A DNA stretch of 63,059 nt, filler included, from Hausera hauseri (GCA_046269625.1; 13 parts of 13 records of this genome joined end to end with filler, not necessarily neighbours in it); one strand, 5' to 3'; shown: positions 38,120 to 50,899, numbered from the whole stretch's first letter. The notes: a model not told the origin generated them from the letters alone. Numbers and translations: made by a program.

Positions 38120-39775
38120 ATGCCAATAACGACTTTCACGCCAAAGGAAAATCAAGGATGCAGTTCATATGTGTATTACACATGTACAGTACACAACCCT
38201 CAGAATTTCCACTATACTATGAGGAGCTATTATGGACACAAATTCAATAGGATTATCTATTATATTTGCCCAGGATGTGAGACTGTATGTGATGGAGAAT
38301 ACATACAGTTTTATGAAGATTACAAACATCATTTGACTGACTTCGCATCAAAGTCAAAGAAGATTATCTTTAATGAACATAAGCCAGTTGCAGCAGCACA
38401 GCCTGCAGTAATACAGCCAGATGCAGCAGTACATCCAGATGCAGGACTAAAACGCTCATCAGGTCCATCAGGCGTAGCGGCTCCATCAAAAAGCCAAAGA
38501 CAGCAATCAGTTAATGATGCAGCATTAAAGAGAAAAGTCCGCAAATATGTCATTGATGCAGCTGGTCAAATAACCATCAAGGAGTAATTGGAGTACACAA
38601 AGGAAGAAACAGAGGGGATTCTTCAGGCCAATATGACTGAACTCAAAGCCCTTAAAGTCGACATGAAGCTGGAGGCCACATACGTCAATGTTGATGGCGA
38701 AGGGTCCAAAAGAACCTTCAAGACAAAAAATAGACCCATTTTTGAAACCACCAATATAGTAAAATGGCTGCATAAATAGCATGCGAATCTGATCCGTGAA
38801 GTCGATGAGAGTCAGAGTAAGAAGAGCGGATGGACTCTGGCAACCATCAAGAGATTGCTTGGGTATGTGCACAGATTCTCCCCCATGCGTGGTAGTATAT
38901 ATATTCAGCTTACGGAATGGATCGCTAATAAAATAGCATGTGTCAATGTCCATAATAATGACAACATGTGTTTCATGTATGCCATTCTATCAAAAATCGT
39001 GCCTAATCAACATAATGCTTCACGAGTTTGGCAATATAAGGATGTGCAGCACAACTGTGACTTCCAATGTATCAAGTTCCCACCATCCATAGATGAAATC
39101 AAAAAATTCGGACGACTCAACAATATATCCATCAATATCTTTGGATTGGATGAGAAGGACAAATTCTATCCCCTACATATATATGATAATGAATTGGAAG
39201 ATCATAGGAATTTGCTCCTACAAGATGATGGTGAAAAGAGGCATTTCATCTGGATAAAGAACTTTGAACGTCTAGACAGATCTCAAATTACAAATCATCA
39301 TGGACAAATAGAAATATGTAAGCAATGCCTGTCTCATTTCAGTGGTGATTCAGCAATGGACAAGGTTGCAGTACACAAGATGTACTGCAACAACAATTAC
39401 TGTGTAAGGCCAGAATTTCCCAATGAAGACTATATTGAATTCAAGGAGTTCGAGAAGAAGATCAAGGTCCTAATAGTTATCTATTGCGATTTGAAACTAT
39501 TCACCGATCAGTTCACAGATGCACTCCCAGTCCACAACATAGCAGCACAACGGCATACCAATATCATGAACTCTAATTATATTGCATGTATGCCAAAGGA
39601 CTGGACAGTGAACCATTTCTAATCAGAAATCCAAGTGCAGCAGCACATTTCATGAAACGACTTGAAGATATGGCTCATAAGCTTGAAAACATGCTTCAGC
39701 AGCATAAAGATACAATAATCATGTCATGGAAACAAGCAGGAGCATGGCGCAAGGCAAAAACATGTTACTTGTGCA
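38120..39775 (+). pseudogene. Polinton protein-primed DNA polymerase B, N-terminal half, truncated at KTCYLC
   Basis: FKTKN, GWTL, RGSIYIQL.EWI...ACVNV.NNDNMCF.YAIL, NISINIFG, HFIWIKNF, VIYCDL (Exo I). In-frame stops and frameshifts. Confidence 0.9.
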
Positions 39776-40199
39776 TCTCGATGTGTTCTATCTACCTGAA
39801 TTTGACCCCAATCGATTCCATGAATCCTACGCTGCACAGTGACTGTGGTGCCCTCATTCACCCAATGGGTGAATTGAAAAAGGAACCTTGTTGTTTGAAT
39901 AATATAGTTGTTTAGTTGTGGCGTAACACTGGTGTCAGATGCCCACATCTGTACACAGTCGCTGTACAACGGGTAGAAATCCCATACTCTATAACGGTCA
40001 TGGATCCAGCAAGATCAACCATTTTCCACCAACCAGTCAATCCAGGAGAAACTGGTTGTCTCATAATCGGAGGACAACAAGTGGAAGTTTACATCCCATA
40101 TTTATATCTCGGCGAAAACCAGGAATTATTTTATTTTTCTATCAACGACGCAGTAGACACAACAGATACTGTCAGTGCAGCCCCCGTCGAGCCGAACGA

Positions 40200-40592
40200 A
40201 ATGCAAAAAACAACGATTGCTCCAGTATTTCTCATCCCTCTTACTCACCAGAATTCAACTGTCCGGATATTGAAGGATCAGAAGGGAAGGACTATACTAT
40301 ACAGGCCATTATGTGCTCTTTGAGATTGTTTAAAACCAGTCAGCTGCCGTTGGATAAAATTCTCCAGTCTTCACTACGAAAATTGAACTTAGCCGTTGGA
40401 AATCTGAAGAAACCACGATTCAATCATTTCCTAATGGACACCATTGTCCTGTGCATAAAAATCGTGTGCAATAACAATCCCAATCACTGCAGTGAATTTG
40501 AAACCGCACTGGCACCAATATTAGAAAAGGTCTTTCAGAAAGAAGTCGAACAATTCCGGCCGTACATATTTCAATTTCTCAGTCTCCTTTTA
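40200..40592 (+). pseudogene. CSE1L: Internal fragment of exportin-2 (CSE1/CAS)
   Basis: YTIQAIMCSL...NLKKPRFNHFLMDTI.L.IKIVC..NP....FE.AL...F.KEVEQF.PYIFQFLSLLL aligns by eye with CSE1L YIMKAIMRS...NPSKPHFNHYMFEAI...EFIPYVFQVMSLLL. Confidence 0.8.
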
Positions 40593-41181
40593 GGTAACAG
40601 TCTATCTACATGTTGGTCACCAGAAGACTCACGTTGGGTCCCGCCTGGCAAATAGGACTTTGTCACGGGGGTTGATGTGGTGCCCACATTGCTCCACACA
40701 AAAATAATAGTATTTCTCTTGTTATCAAACTGGTAAATCAATATTTTCATTGATTATTTATATAGTTCAATTATGGTTGTTGCAGATTTTTTAGTCTTCT
40801 TGATGTACGTTATGTGGAATTAGAATTATTACTAAATAGTTCGAATTATTGTTTTTTACTAGTCCTTCCATTAAAATACAATTTGCGAGTCGTTACAAAA
40901 CTTGTATTTATAGCCATATTGTATGATATTCTGGAATATAACAAAATCGTCCAAATATTAATACGAACTGATCTGCCACTGTCTCATATTTCGTCGAGCA
41001 CAATTTTCAATCAAAAAATTAATCGAATCTTGAGGACCAATATCTATCAAAAATGTTAAATTGACGGATATAACATGAATGAAAAAATAATGAGAAATGG
41101 TTATCAATTATTAAAGAGGAAGAATATTACCCTTATGTCGAAACTCACGAGAAGAAAATTTTACCAAAGGCGGAACGTTAC

Positions 41182-41896
41182 ATGTTAGGATGTACTGATG
41201 AACCAGCTGATCCAATAGACTATGCAACAGTAAATAACGCTGGAACAACTCCATTAATTCTAGCAGTAGCATCAGGAAACGAAGAAAGTGCTATAGAAGC
41301 TATAACTAAATTAGGCGATGAAGCAGCAGAAACGTTAAAATTCCAAGATACAAATTGCAATACCATTATTCACTTAGCCATTATGTGTGAATGTCATGAT
41401 TTCTTTATACTCATGCTCATTCAGTCATAAGCACCATTACACATACCCAACGTCGGCGGAGACATTCCCTTACTACTCGCTATTCACCATGGACGACATA
41501 ACCTTTCAATACTAATATTCGATTATGCCTACGACAACAAAGTATTTCAAGCTATTTTCCTACCTCAATTACGTAGTACACCATGGCATCATGCAATAGT
41601 ATTTAAGCGATTTCTCTTATTGGAAACCTTCTTGAATAAGAAATTCGATAACGGAACTTATCTATTTGACGTAAACTACTCTCATGGCTCATATGAGGAG
41701 ACTCCCCTTATAACTGCCTTTTTGACTCGAACCTATGGGGCAGTCTCCATCCTGAGGCGACGACCAGATATTCACCCAGAGAATCACAATTATCGAAACC
41801 TAGCAATCGATTGCATTCTGATATGTGATCCAATGATTAGCTTCTTCTAACGTGAACGCCTATTAGCTGTTATGCGCCGTGAAATCGTGGCGTAAA
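41182..41896 (+). pseudogene. Intronless ankyrin-repeat gene with two internal in-frame stops
   Basis: GTTPLILAV, NTIIHLAI, GDIPLLLAI, TPWHHAI and ETPLITA lie in one frame across TAA at 41428-41430; a second TAA at 41848-41850. AATAAA at ~41977. Confidence 0.75.
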
Positions 41897-42280
41897 CATA
41901 TGACCATTGTACATAATTCATGTTTAATATAGTATTGCATGTAACTGTCTTGTGTAATTTATATTCGATTAGTGTAAATAAACTTTTATCATTATGATTT
42001 GTATTAAGACTCTAAATGGAGCCCTATATTGATTCCAAACTTTTTATGAAGCATTGGCATCTTACCTGAGTGTAAATCAACTGTGCCATGTTTTTTCCAA
42101 TCAAACAGCTATCCCAAATAACCTAAAGTATGAGAAATTCCAACTCTATCCCAGACAAATGTGTATACAACAAATATCCANNNNNNNNNNNNNNNNNNNN
42201 NNNNNNNNNNNNNNNNNNNNNNNNTTAATTAATTAANNNNNNNNNNNNNNNNNNNNNNNNNNNNNNNNNNNNNNNNNNNN

Positions 42281-43260
42281 TGCTCTATTGTTGTATTCAA
42301 TTGATTGTCGCTTGTTGTGACAGCTTCTGATACAATTGGTTGGGAATTCAATTGTAGCACTTAATGTGCTTTATCATCCAACTCCGCCAATTTACGCAAC
42401 GCCGTAGATTCTTCAACAACGGTAAGAAGTGCCTTAATTTGTATAAACAACGCCTTTAAGAAATATCGTCGCAGAAGGTCTGAATTATGCTTCCTAGTTA
42501 CACCTAGCGTTTGTAGGTGAGTCAACGACGTACGCAGGAATTCAGAAGGCTTATGTGTTCTCATGGCGTTATCATTAAAGAATCTATGGATTATCGAATC
42601 CATAGACGGTTCGGTAAGTTTTAAGACTGCGTTATAGAGATGTGTACGGGTTGGATTGTTGAAAGAAGTCTAAAATATCGTGAAGAAAGTCTTTACTGTG
42701 TTTGGTAAGAGGCAAAGTAAACTGAGCTTTTGCTGAGGGATCAGTAACGTTGTTAGACTGCAGCCAAAGTTTGTGAAAGCTAAGTTAGGTTTTGCTGGAT
42801 TTTTCGTGATCGATAAAATATTCCGTGACTGAGAAGTGTTTGGCTGGCGGAATGGAAGATGTATAAGAGGTGAAAGTAGATGGCGTGGTTACGGTCGTTG
42901 ATTTTTAGTGAAAAGTGAAAGGTGATGGTTTAGAGGTAGTCTTGTCAGTAGTGTCAATGGTGGGAGAAGAATCCATGCCACCACAAATGAGAATGTGTAC
43001 ATGAATAATGACATAACGAGATGAAGGAACAAAAAGGTGGCGAAAATCGACGTTAATTACAGGTAGGTTGTTGTAAGTGAGGTAAAAATCTGAGATATTA
43101 CCGAAACAGTATATATTGGTGTAAGAAATGTGCGAAAATAGAATATGTTGTATTGAGTGTGAGTAATTGACGATTATTGATGAGTAATAAAAAGGAGAGT
43201 CGGTAGGTCCTAGTGGCTGATGTGGTGATGGAACGGACCATGGCGTGGGACCTACTGACA
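42281..43260 (-). pseudogene. Second Gypsy UBL-gag copy, diverged from 32613-33956
   Basis: FYLTYNN...IHVHILICGG, then EYF...LSFHKLWLQSNNVTD...LTEPSMDSIIHRFFND...KPSEFL...LLRRYFL...LAELDDKAH. Confidence 0.85.
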
Positions 43261-43549
43261 TAGGACAGACGGTCGGATAGTCGTTCACACTGTGACGTAC
43301 CTCAAAATCCGGGATGACGGAATCCCCTCCAAAAACTCTCGGTTGAAGAAATAACTTCAGGGGTAGTGAAAGTATTAGGGGATTATGTGAACAAATATGT
43401 GAATTTTCAAAGTATAGGAACTTTAAGCGACAACCACCTCTGGGGGCTCTGTTTAGACGGGGCGATGTTGTGTCAACGGCAGACATGTTAAGAACAAAAA
43501 AGTAAGAAAAAAACGGGAAATAGGAATGGTTAATAAGAAGTAAATTAAA

Positions 43550-44825
43550 AAATGGTTGCCAGACGAATAGTACGCAATGATAAATCTCACCTCATCGTGT
43601 ATCCGTTTCACCGACGGATATAGAGTGGAACTGTCCATTTCTTTTGATGAAAATAGATATTCATAGAAACACAGTTGTTTATACAGTTGAGCAGCCGGTA
43701 CCATAGGTTTCGTCTCTCCGTCGCCGCAATGTTGACAAATGGTATGGCCATTTCGGTCAACGGGTTTCTTTAATAGAGTCGATAGTGTACCTGGGACAGA
43801 TCTATACTCGTAGTTGCAGTCGTGTTCATTACATACAGATGAATTGTAATACGCCCGAATTAGCCGCCGTTGATCAACTGTTATCTTGTTCATTATGATG
43901 ATTTCCTTCAACTGTATCTTTTTATTGCAAATGGCATTTGAACACTTATGATGTGGGTATCTAACTACAGGATTCGTCAATTGGAATGGTTCTTTACATT
44001 CCGAACAACGTATTTCCAGTTGTTTGTAATTAACGAATTTGTTTACAAAAGATACAACACTAGTGTCGATTCCATCATTTTTATTCTGTATATATTTGAC
44101 GAATTCTGTCGTAACAAGACCGAAACACTCTGCAACAGTGAACGGACTCGTTCCGTCGACGACTTCAATCCGATAACTAACGACGGAATGAAGTTGGCAT
44201 TTCAAATGACATTGAATATCCAACTGTAATTTACTATCTTTAAATTCATTTGGAATATACGCGTGTTTACTGTGTGGATTTGTTGATCCATCATTGCAGA
44301 TTATGTCTTTCACAATGTCATTAGATTTATATAATTTCTCAGACCCCGTATTGTTAACCCTTAAAGCTACTTGCACGTGCAGAAAACTTGATGCATCTGT
44401 GTATTCCTCGGGATTATGACTGAATGACTTTGTAATAATGTAATTATCCTATTTAAGTTTGTTGTTCGTCATGTCTGCAGGAACTGATTTCAGATAAATG
44501 TGTATATAATCTACTAAATCATCTGGGTCCCTCATTGTCCAGAAGCATCGAGACAACTCTTCTGCCAACCTCAATGGCCAATTTGCAACAGCTTCTTCGA
44601 ACTATATCAAGCCCTGTTAATTCTTGTTTATCCGACGATGGACCTTTTCTAAGCACAACCAATGCTGCGTATTTCTTGCTTAAATAAAAAAACTTCTGGG
44701 ACACACCATCGATGTCCAATTGAATACATTTACTCATTTTGTTGACTTCATCTTTGATTTTAGCACCCATCCTCATTACCAGTCCGTAATTGCCATTGTT
44801 ATCAGTTTCAATGTTAATTGAAGTA
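43550..44825 (-). pseudogene. POLA1: C-terminal fragment of DNA polymerase alpha catalytic subunit
   Basis: KIKDEVNK..K.IQLDIDG...KKYAAL...ELTGLDIVRR, YIICNDGS-like segment, C-terminal Zn fingers and LYKQLCFYEYLF. Lacks the catalytic DTD and all upstream sequence; stop and frameshift near 44519. Confidence 0.88.
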
Positions 44826-45748
44826 ACACTTGTTTCAAGGTCGGATTTTGAATCTTTCTGTTGGGAATTATTTTCCTGCAATTTTTTCGGTAAACGATAT
44901 TTCAAATTAACGTCTTTTTTCGATGATTTATACGAATTTATCTTGCACAGTTTACTGGAATGATCATCTCTGAATGTCTCTTCCTTAATGTCCTCTGCAG
45001 ACAGTCGGTATGGTGGACGAATAAGCTTTTGGCAAAAGATATTTTGCATCTCTAGTAGTTTTGTTTTTTCTTCTAATAAACATTTCAATTCTCTTAGTTC
45101 ATCACGGCTGTTTCTGTAAGATGATTTCAATTCCTTCATTTTACCCTTTTCAACATTTATCTGATGAAAATGTCTATTTGATAACAAGTCTACATTCTTC
45201 TCTAGTTCAATTTTTTTCTTGTCGACTTCCAATAAATCTTTGTAGTGAATAACTTGTCGAGATAATTCTTCCTTTCCTTTATCTGTTTCATTTCACACAA
45301 TACATTTAATTTGTGGATTTTATTTCTAGACATGATTAATTCTTTATCCATATCTTTCATTTGACGATTAGACGCATCTAATTTCTCTTTGATTCTGCGT
45401 AACTGCTCCTGGAGTGAATAAATTTCTGAATTATATCTTGATGAGACTCGGAACATCAGCATCTCTACTGTTTGCTTTATTTAGATATTTTTCCTGAATT
45501 TTGTTTTGACTCTGAACGGTTTTTAATTCGACGCATTTTTCATCGAGCTGTCTGCGTATATCGGCATTTTCGCATAACAATTCATTCACTTTCATCTGGC
45601 TAGCTTGTCATAATTTTCTGGTTGGCCCGTTTGACTTCACTGATTTATATATTCTGTTGCAATTATTGTACACCTTTCGACAGTTTACTGTTGATTAGTG
45701 TGACTGTCCTTTTAAAGGTTTTGTCTTTTCTGATTGGTGATTTTTCAT
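44826..45748 (-). pseudogene. Lebercilin (LCA5)-family coiled-coil gene, frameshifted
   Basis: SRYNSEIYSLQEQLRR...ELEKNVDL...LEEKTKLLEMQNIF resembles lebercilin RHNNEITALKERLRK...ELSKNLEL...LKEKERELDIKNIY. Confidence 0.7.
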
Positions 45749-45789
45749 ATTGGTGTAAAATATCTGTTTTAAATCAAAATCTGACATTG

Positions 45790-46353
45790 CTGCCCCATTA
45801 ACGGTTGACGTTTGTAGAATCTTTAATTGAAAATTCGGGTTGCTTAATTCATAAGAGTAATTTATACCAGGAACTAAGAAGGCAGTAAATTGAGGAAAAC
45901 CGTAGACTGCTTTTTACTGAAAAATCCACTGATGGTGCCCAAAGAAAAATTAATATTCTTTATTATATTGCCAGTTGTCATACAATGAATTGAGACAGAA
46001 TCAACTACGTACCGCTAATAACATGCAACTAACTAATTCGTATTCGCAAAAGAAACCCAATGCAGCAAAACTTCGCTTGGAGTTGGAATCAGGTCTTTCC
46101 AGATTGGTTTACTCAAATCAGAAATATCGACCTCGACAACTTTATATATACATGCATCCTCATCAGTTTGAAATATAAACCGTATCTCCTCATTCACAAT
46201 GTTTTCGTATGTAGCTTCAAACGTATTCACCAACGTTCTGAAATCTAGCTTTCTTGTTAAGTTGTAATCAATTTGAGACATATCAAACAAGTAGACGAAA
46301 ACATTTCTTTCGCAGCCTTGCACAACGAAAAGTATTAGACACCGACCGCAATC
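45790..46353 (-). pseudogene. PREP: Prolyl endopeptidase beta-propeller fragment
   Basis: QGCER...LVNTFEATYE.IVNE...F.FQT......YKVV.VD......WKDLIP....LL.WV, then TTG.IIK....LG.I.G, matching recalled PREP sequence. Internal stops. Confidence 0.7.
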
Positions 46354-46453
46354 NNNNNNNNNNNNNNNNNNNNNNNNNNNNNNNNNNNNNNNNNNNNTTA
46401 ATTAATTAANNNNNNNNNNNNNNNNNNNNNNNNNNNNNNNNNNNNNNNNNNNN

Positions 46454-47975
46454 AACCTTCTGTAATAATTGGCCAGACCTAAAAATGCTCTCAACGACTT
46501 TGTACACTTTGGAACTGGGAAATTCTGGATCTCTTTTGCTTTTAGTTGATTTGTTGATATTCCATGATTTTTAATCGTATGTCCGAGAAGATTAATTCCG
46601 AAACACCGAATCTACATTTGTTGGGATTCACTTTTAGATTTGCATTTTTCAATCTTTTCGTTACCTCTTCTAGTAGTTTGCAATGTTTCGAAATTATTTT
46701 TGAGTAAATCAGCACGTCATCTAAGTATACGACGACATCCGCAAACAGTAAGTCTTCCAACAGTGCATTCACTAGTCGCTGAAAAGTTCCAGAGGCCGTT
46801 TAGAGGCCAAATGGTACTCGGTTGAAACAATATTGTTGTGATTTCGTGCAAAAGGCTGTTTTCTCTTGAAAGTCTTCATCCAACGCGACTTGATGATGTG
46901 TCTTACCGAGGTCTATACTTGAAAAAATTTTTGAAACTCCTAACGCGCAAATAAGATTTGACTTTCCCGGCATTGGAAAAAAAGTTTCTTTGCTATTTCA
47001 TTTAACTTTCTAAAATCCAAACAAATTCGGATTCATCCATCTTTCTTTTGAGCGACCACGAAAGGCGAATTCCATTCACTTTTGCATTTCCGAATAATAC
47101 CCGCTTTCTCCAAGTTTTTCAAAAATTCTTCAATTTTAACTTCCAGATGTACTGATTGCCTTCTATGATTCACAAAAATTGGTTTACCCCCGTTTCGATT
47201 CTATGTTTTACCAGATCCGTAAATCCTAAATCGTAATCATTATTCATAAACATCTCCTCGTACCGTTTTACAACTTCCACTAATTGACCTTCCGCGATTT
47301 CTGGTTTTCCCATGGTTGTCACAGCTGCTATTTTTCTCGTTCGAGGTCCACTAACGCCACTTTTCATTAATTTCATACCAAATGCCTTTAAAATATCTAT
47401 TCCTCCAATAACTTCCGGCGTGATTGTTTTTAATACTATCAATTCAATCTTAAGTATTTCTGCATCCCACTGCACATTGACTTTTACATTCTCCAAACAA
47501 CTATCACTTTTTGAAAAGGCTCTACTCAATATTAAAGCGCACTTAGTTAGCTTAGGTTGCCCTATCGCCTTCCAAATCTTTTCACTGATTACTGACACAC
47601 TTGCTCCACCATCCAACAACATTTCTATTACACACCTGTTCAATTTCACTTCATTTCACCACCGTCCGTCTTTCCACACTACCATTGTTTCATCTCGATT
47701 TTGTAAATTGTTTTCGTTAACTGCACTGACGAAATGTTCACAGCAGTTTCTGGTGCTTAAAGGTTCCTGCACGTCGTCTTCATCTAGCATTATTTCATCA
47801 ATATGGTCGTCATATATCTGTTCCACACACATGGGATTTACCTGCCGTAACTTGAAACAGTTTCTGAATCCGTGTCCACTTTTTCCACATATCAAACATA
47901 AGTTGTTTAAAGGGCTGTTTCTTGTAACGTGCACATGTTTTCCACAGCAAAAACAATCACCTTTAGATAGTGTTA
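46454..47975 (-). mobile_element. Degenerate Gypsy gag-pol fragment (two CCHC knuckles, protease, RT)
   Basis: CFCCGK..H and CLICGKSGH..RNC, LLDGGASVS, IGGIDIL, FNRVPFGL, YLDDVL. Confidence 0.9.
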
Positions 47976-49449
47976 TTTTGGTTACAATATAAATGTAATA
48001 TTGCGCCTGAGAGAATATAATACATATGGAATAACAAAACTCATTTGACATTTTAGGGCATCAAAACCTACTACGTTTAATAGATTTCGATACCCGCAAA
48101 TTTTCTACGCAATAAACTGACGGGGATTTTATAATTATTTCCCGAATTCTGGACTCCATCAATAGATAAAAATCATGTGAGAAAATGACAATGAACAAAA
48201 TGGCTAATATTTTTAAATCAATCGATAGGTAAAGAATAAGTCCGCAAAAATTGTTCTTTTCAAATCAAACCGCTGCACTCTTTCTAATATTTAAACATTA
48301 ATTTTTTGATATCGCCAACATATGAGGCAAACTTCGCAATTAGATGCCAACCCCGGCAGTCATAATATTTACCAATTACTCAGTCCGCTTTTGGATCAAT
48401 GATTGACAAAAATGAGTAAAATTAAGCTTCTGTTCATAAGTAGACTTCCCATTAATTAATAATAATCTCAAAGTGGAATCCATAATGTCTTCAAGAAAAT
48501 TTTCTGAATATCTAACCCAAAAATGTATCACATTTTGCTAAAATTTATTCATGAGACGGAATTAAATTAACATTTGTTGTGTGCTCAAATGTCGAATATC
48601 CCAGCCCTTTTTCGAAGCTTGAATTTGAAAACCTTTTTCTTTGGAAATTGACTCTAGTTGATTAGTTGGAGTACAATAAAGAGATCTGACATTGCTTGGA
48701 GTTGATAAAAAACCTTTTTGCAATAAATTTGATTGTTCGGCTGTGTAATTCAGGTTCATTAAAACAATCAATCAACCTAGGTTCTGATACTTCCAAACAC
48801 TAAATGTCAACAACTGGCATTTCAAGCAACTTTGATAGAGCATTTTGTTTCATCTGAAAAAATTTTCTTTCAACTAAATAAGCGGCTAATTTTGATAGCT
48901 CGGCTTGATTCAAAAATACACAACTGTCTGGATTAAAGAAGCTATATGCTGAAGATCCCGCATTGCAAAACTGAATTGAAAACAAATTGCTAGAGTTAAA
49001 AATTGCCTGCGTTTCTAGTTTCGACTGTTTAAAATTAGAAGAATAATATACGAAAATATGGAGCATGCTTATTTAGCAAATTTTCCGGAACATCATTCAT
49101 AGATTTTAACTTGTTCCCGATTTCTTCATCATATCGACTTATTAGATTTTCCGAAGATAATTTCGAAGTCGGCTTCAATTTCTTAGTAAGCTTCAAATAT
49201 TCTGATTAATAAATGAGCTTCGATGTCATGTTATCGATTATTTCCTCATGACTCAAATCCAAACGATTTGCTGGGTACTGTTCAATCGTTTTATCAATAT
49301 GCTTCCCTAATTTTTGTTCAGCTGACTTTTCAGTAGTTTTATCAAATCGTATTTGTAAAAGTGTACATCATTTTACTCAAGTCGTTGAAGTGACTCCTGA
49401 ATTGACCGTATGGAATCTGAATCCTGTATTATTGGTTCACAGTTTATTA

Positions 49450-50481
49450 CCACTAGTCTGATACAACTGACAAAACATCGTTGATTATTTTTATCGGCCA
49501 TGTACACGCCATTATAAAACAATAGCCCGAGCAAACACCGCCCAGTAGCAATATCCCCCGAAAGAGTGGCCGACCTCGACTAGCGGCAAAATCAAGGTGA
49601 AAACGCCATCCCGGCTGTGCCCGGCCAAAATGGGCCAGTGGCCGCAATGCACGGTGAGCACCACAAGTAGATCTTCTTCTTTCGGCGCAGGTAACTGTTT
49701 CACGCTGCGGTAGAGCTTTCTGGTTTCATGATATGCAGAGTGTGTTGGAGCCTTTCTTTTCCTGTCTGTGACCAAACTGAAAGCTGATTTCTTGTCCTGA
49801 GCAATATTATTGTTCATCGACCTATTTTCGTACCTTTCTTTTCTCGGATATTGTGCTCGCCTGTTGTGTAAGACCAATCTTCTGTCATTTCCATAAGTTT
49901 CACGTATGGTGTATTTCCGAGATTTCTGTTTGGACCATTTACCACATCCCGAAAGGATTTCTTCACTGGAGCCACTTCTCTGTATTCCTCCACGGTTTGG
50001 CTATCCTCCAAAATTTTTGCCTGCTCGTTCATCTCTTCTACGGTCATTTTTGGTTTTAAAAGCAAACCACTGTCCTAGCACTGTTGAACTAATTCGTTTT
50101 CTAAGAATTTCTTAAACGAATTTTTCTTTGTTCAAGTCGAAAACTTTGTCGTTTGTTTGACGCACCCTGATTTTATATGTCAAAAAATTTTCTCCTTCTT
50201 TTTGACACATATTGGCCAATTCGACCACGTCATAGAGATGGTTCACCTTCCTCATAAAGGTAGTTTTAAACCACATTATGGCTTCTTCGTCCGACGGTGG
50301 ATTCCCCTTTTTGTTTAAAATCAGTCCACAGAATTCTGACTCGTTCCGTTAACAGGAATTCACATAGCTCCACAAATGGCTGTCGAAAATTTTTGTTAGC
50401 GTGCACCATATCTTCCACCCATCGTTTTGCTTCATCCGTAAATGAAACATCAAATGGCAGAAGTGAGGCGTCATAGTATTT
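49450..50481 (-). mobile_element. Degenerate LTR-retrotransposon gag-like remnant
   Basis: LLLKPKMTVEEMNEQAKILE helical gag-like segment and a decayed knuckle-like region; fragmented. Confidence 0.45.
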
Positions 50482-50899
50482 NNNNNNNNNNNNNNNNNNN
50501 NNNNNNNNNNNNNNNNNNNNNNNNNTTAATTAATTAANNNNNNNNNNNNNNNNNNNNNNNNNNNNNNNNNNNNNNNNNNNNTCAGCAGAATAATTTAATA
50601 TGAATGCAGCTACGATTCGACCTATTCGTAAAAGTAGATTACTAAACCGTTATGTAGACGAAATTTTGCGAATTGTACATACTTAATTTTTTTTAATGGA
50701 ACTGTGACCGTGTGGAGTTCTGTAGACGGGGACCGGATTCGCCCTTTTTCCTTTTTACTGTACAGATATATATGTAGTTTATTTTATGTTTGTTTTAATA
50801 TCGCGGTAACGCGAAAAAGAAAGTTGAAAATCTTTTGAAGTTTAAAAAGTTACTTTTTGATGAATTAGAATATACACTATTTTTCTAAATTTCTACGGA

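Noticed and set aside
38585-41850. Alternative genetic code suggested by in-frame TAA/TAG in pPolB, ankyrin and gag
   Set aside because: The stops align with different residues in homologous copies (Phe, Glu) and coexist with many frameshifts. Ordinary pseudogene decay explains them.
43453-44825. POLA1 fragment as a viral polymerase
   Set aside because: The motifs and C-terminal zinc fingers are those of cellular Pol alpha, not pPolB.
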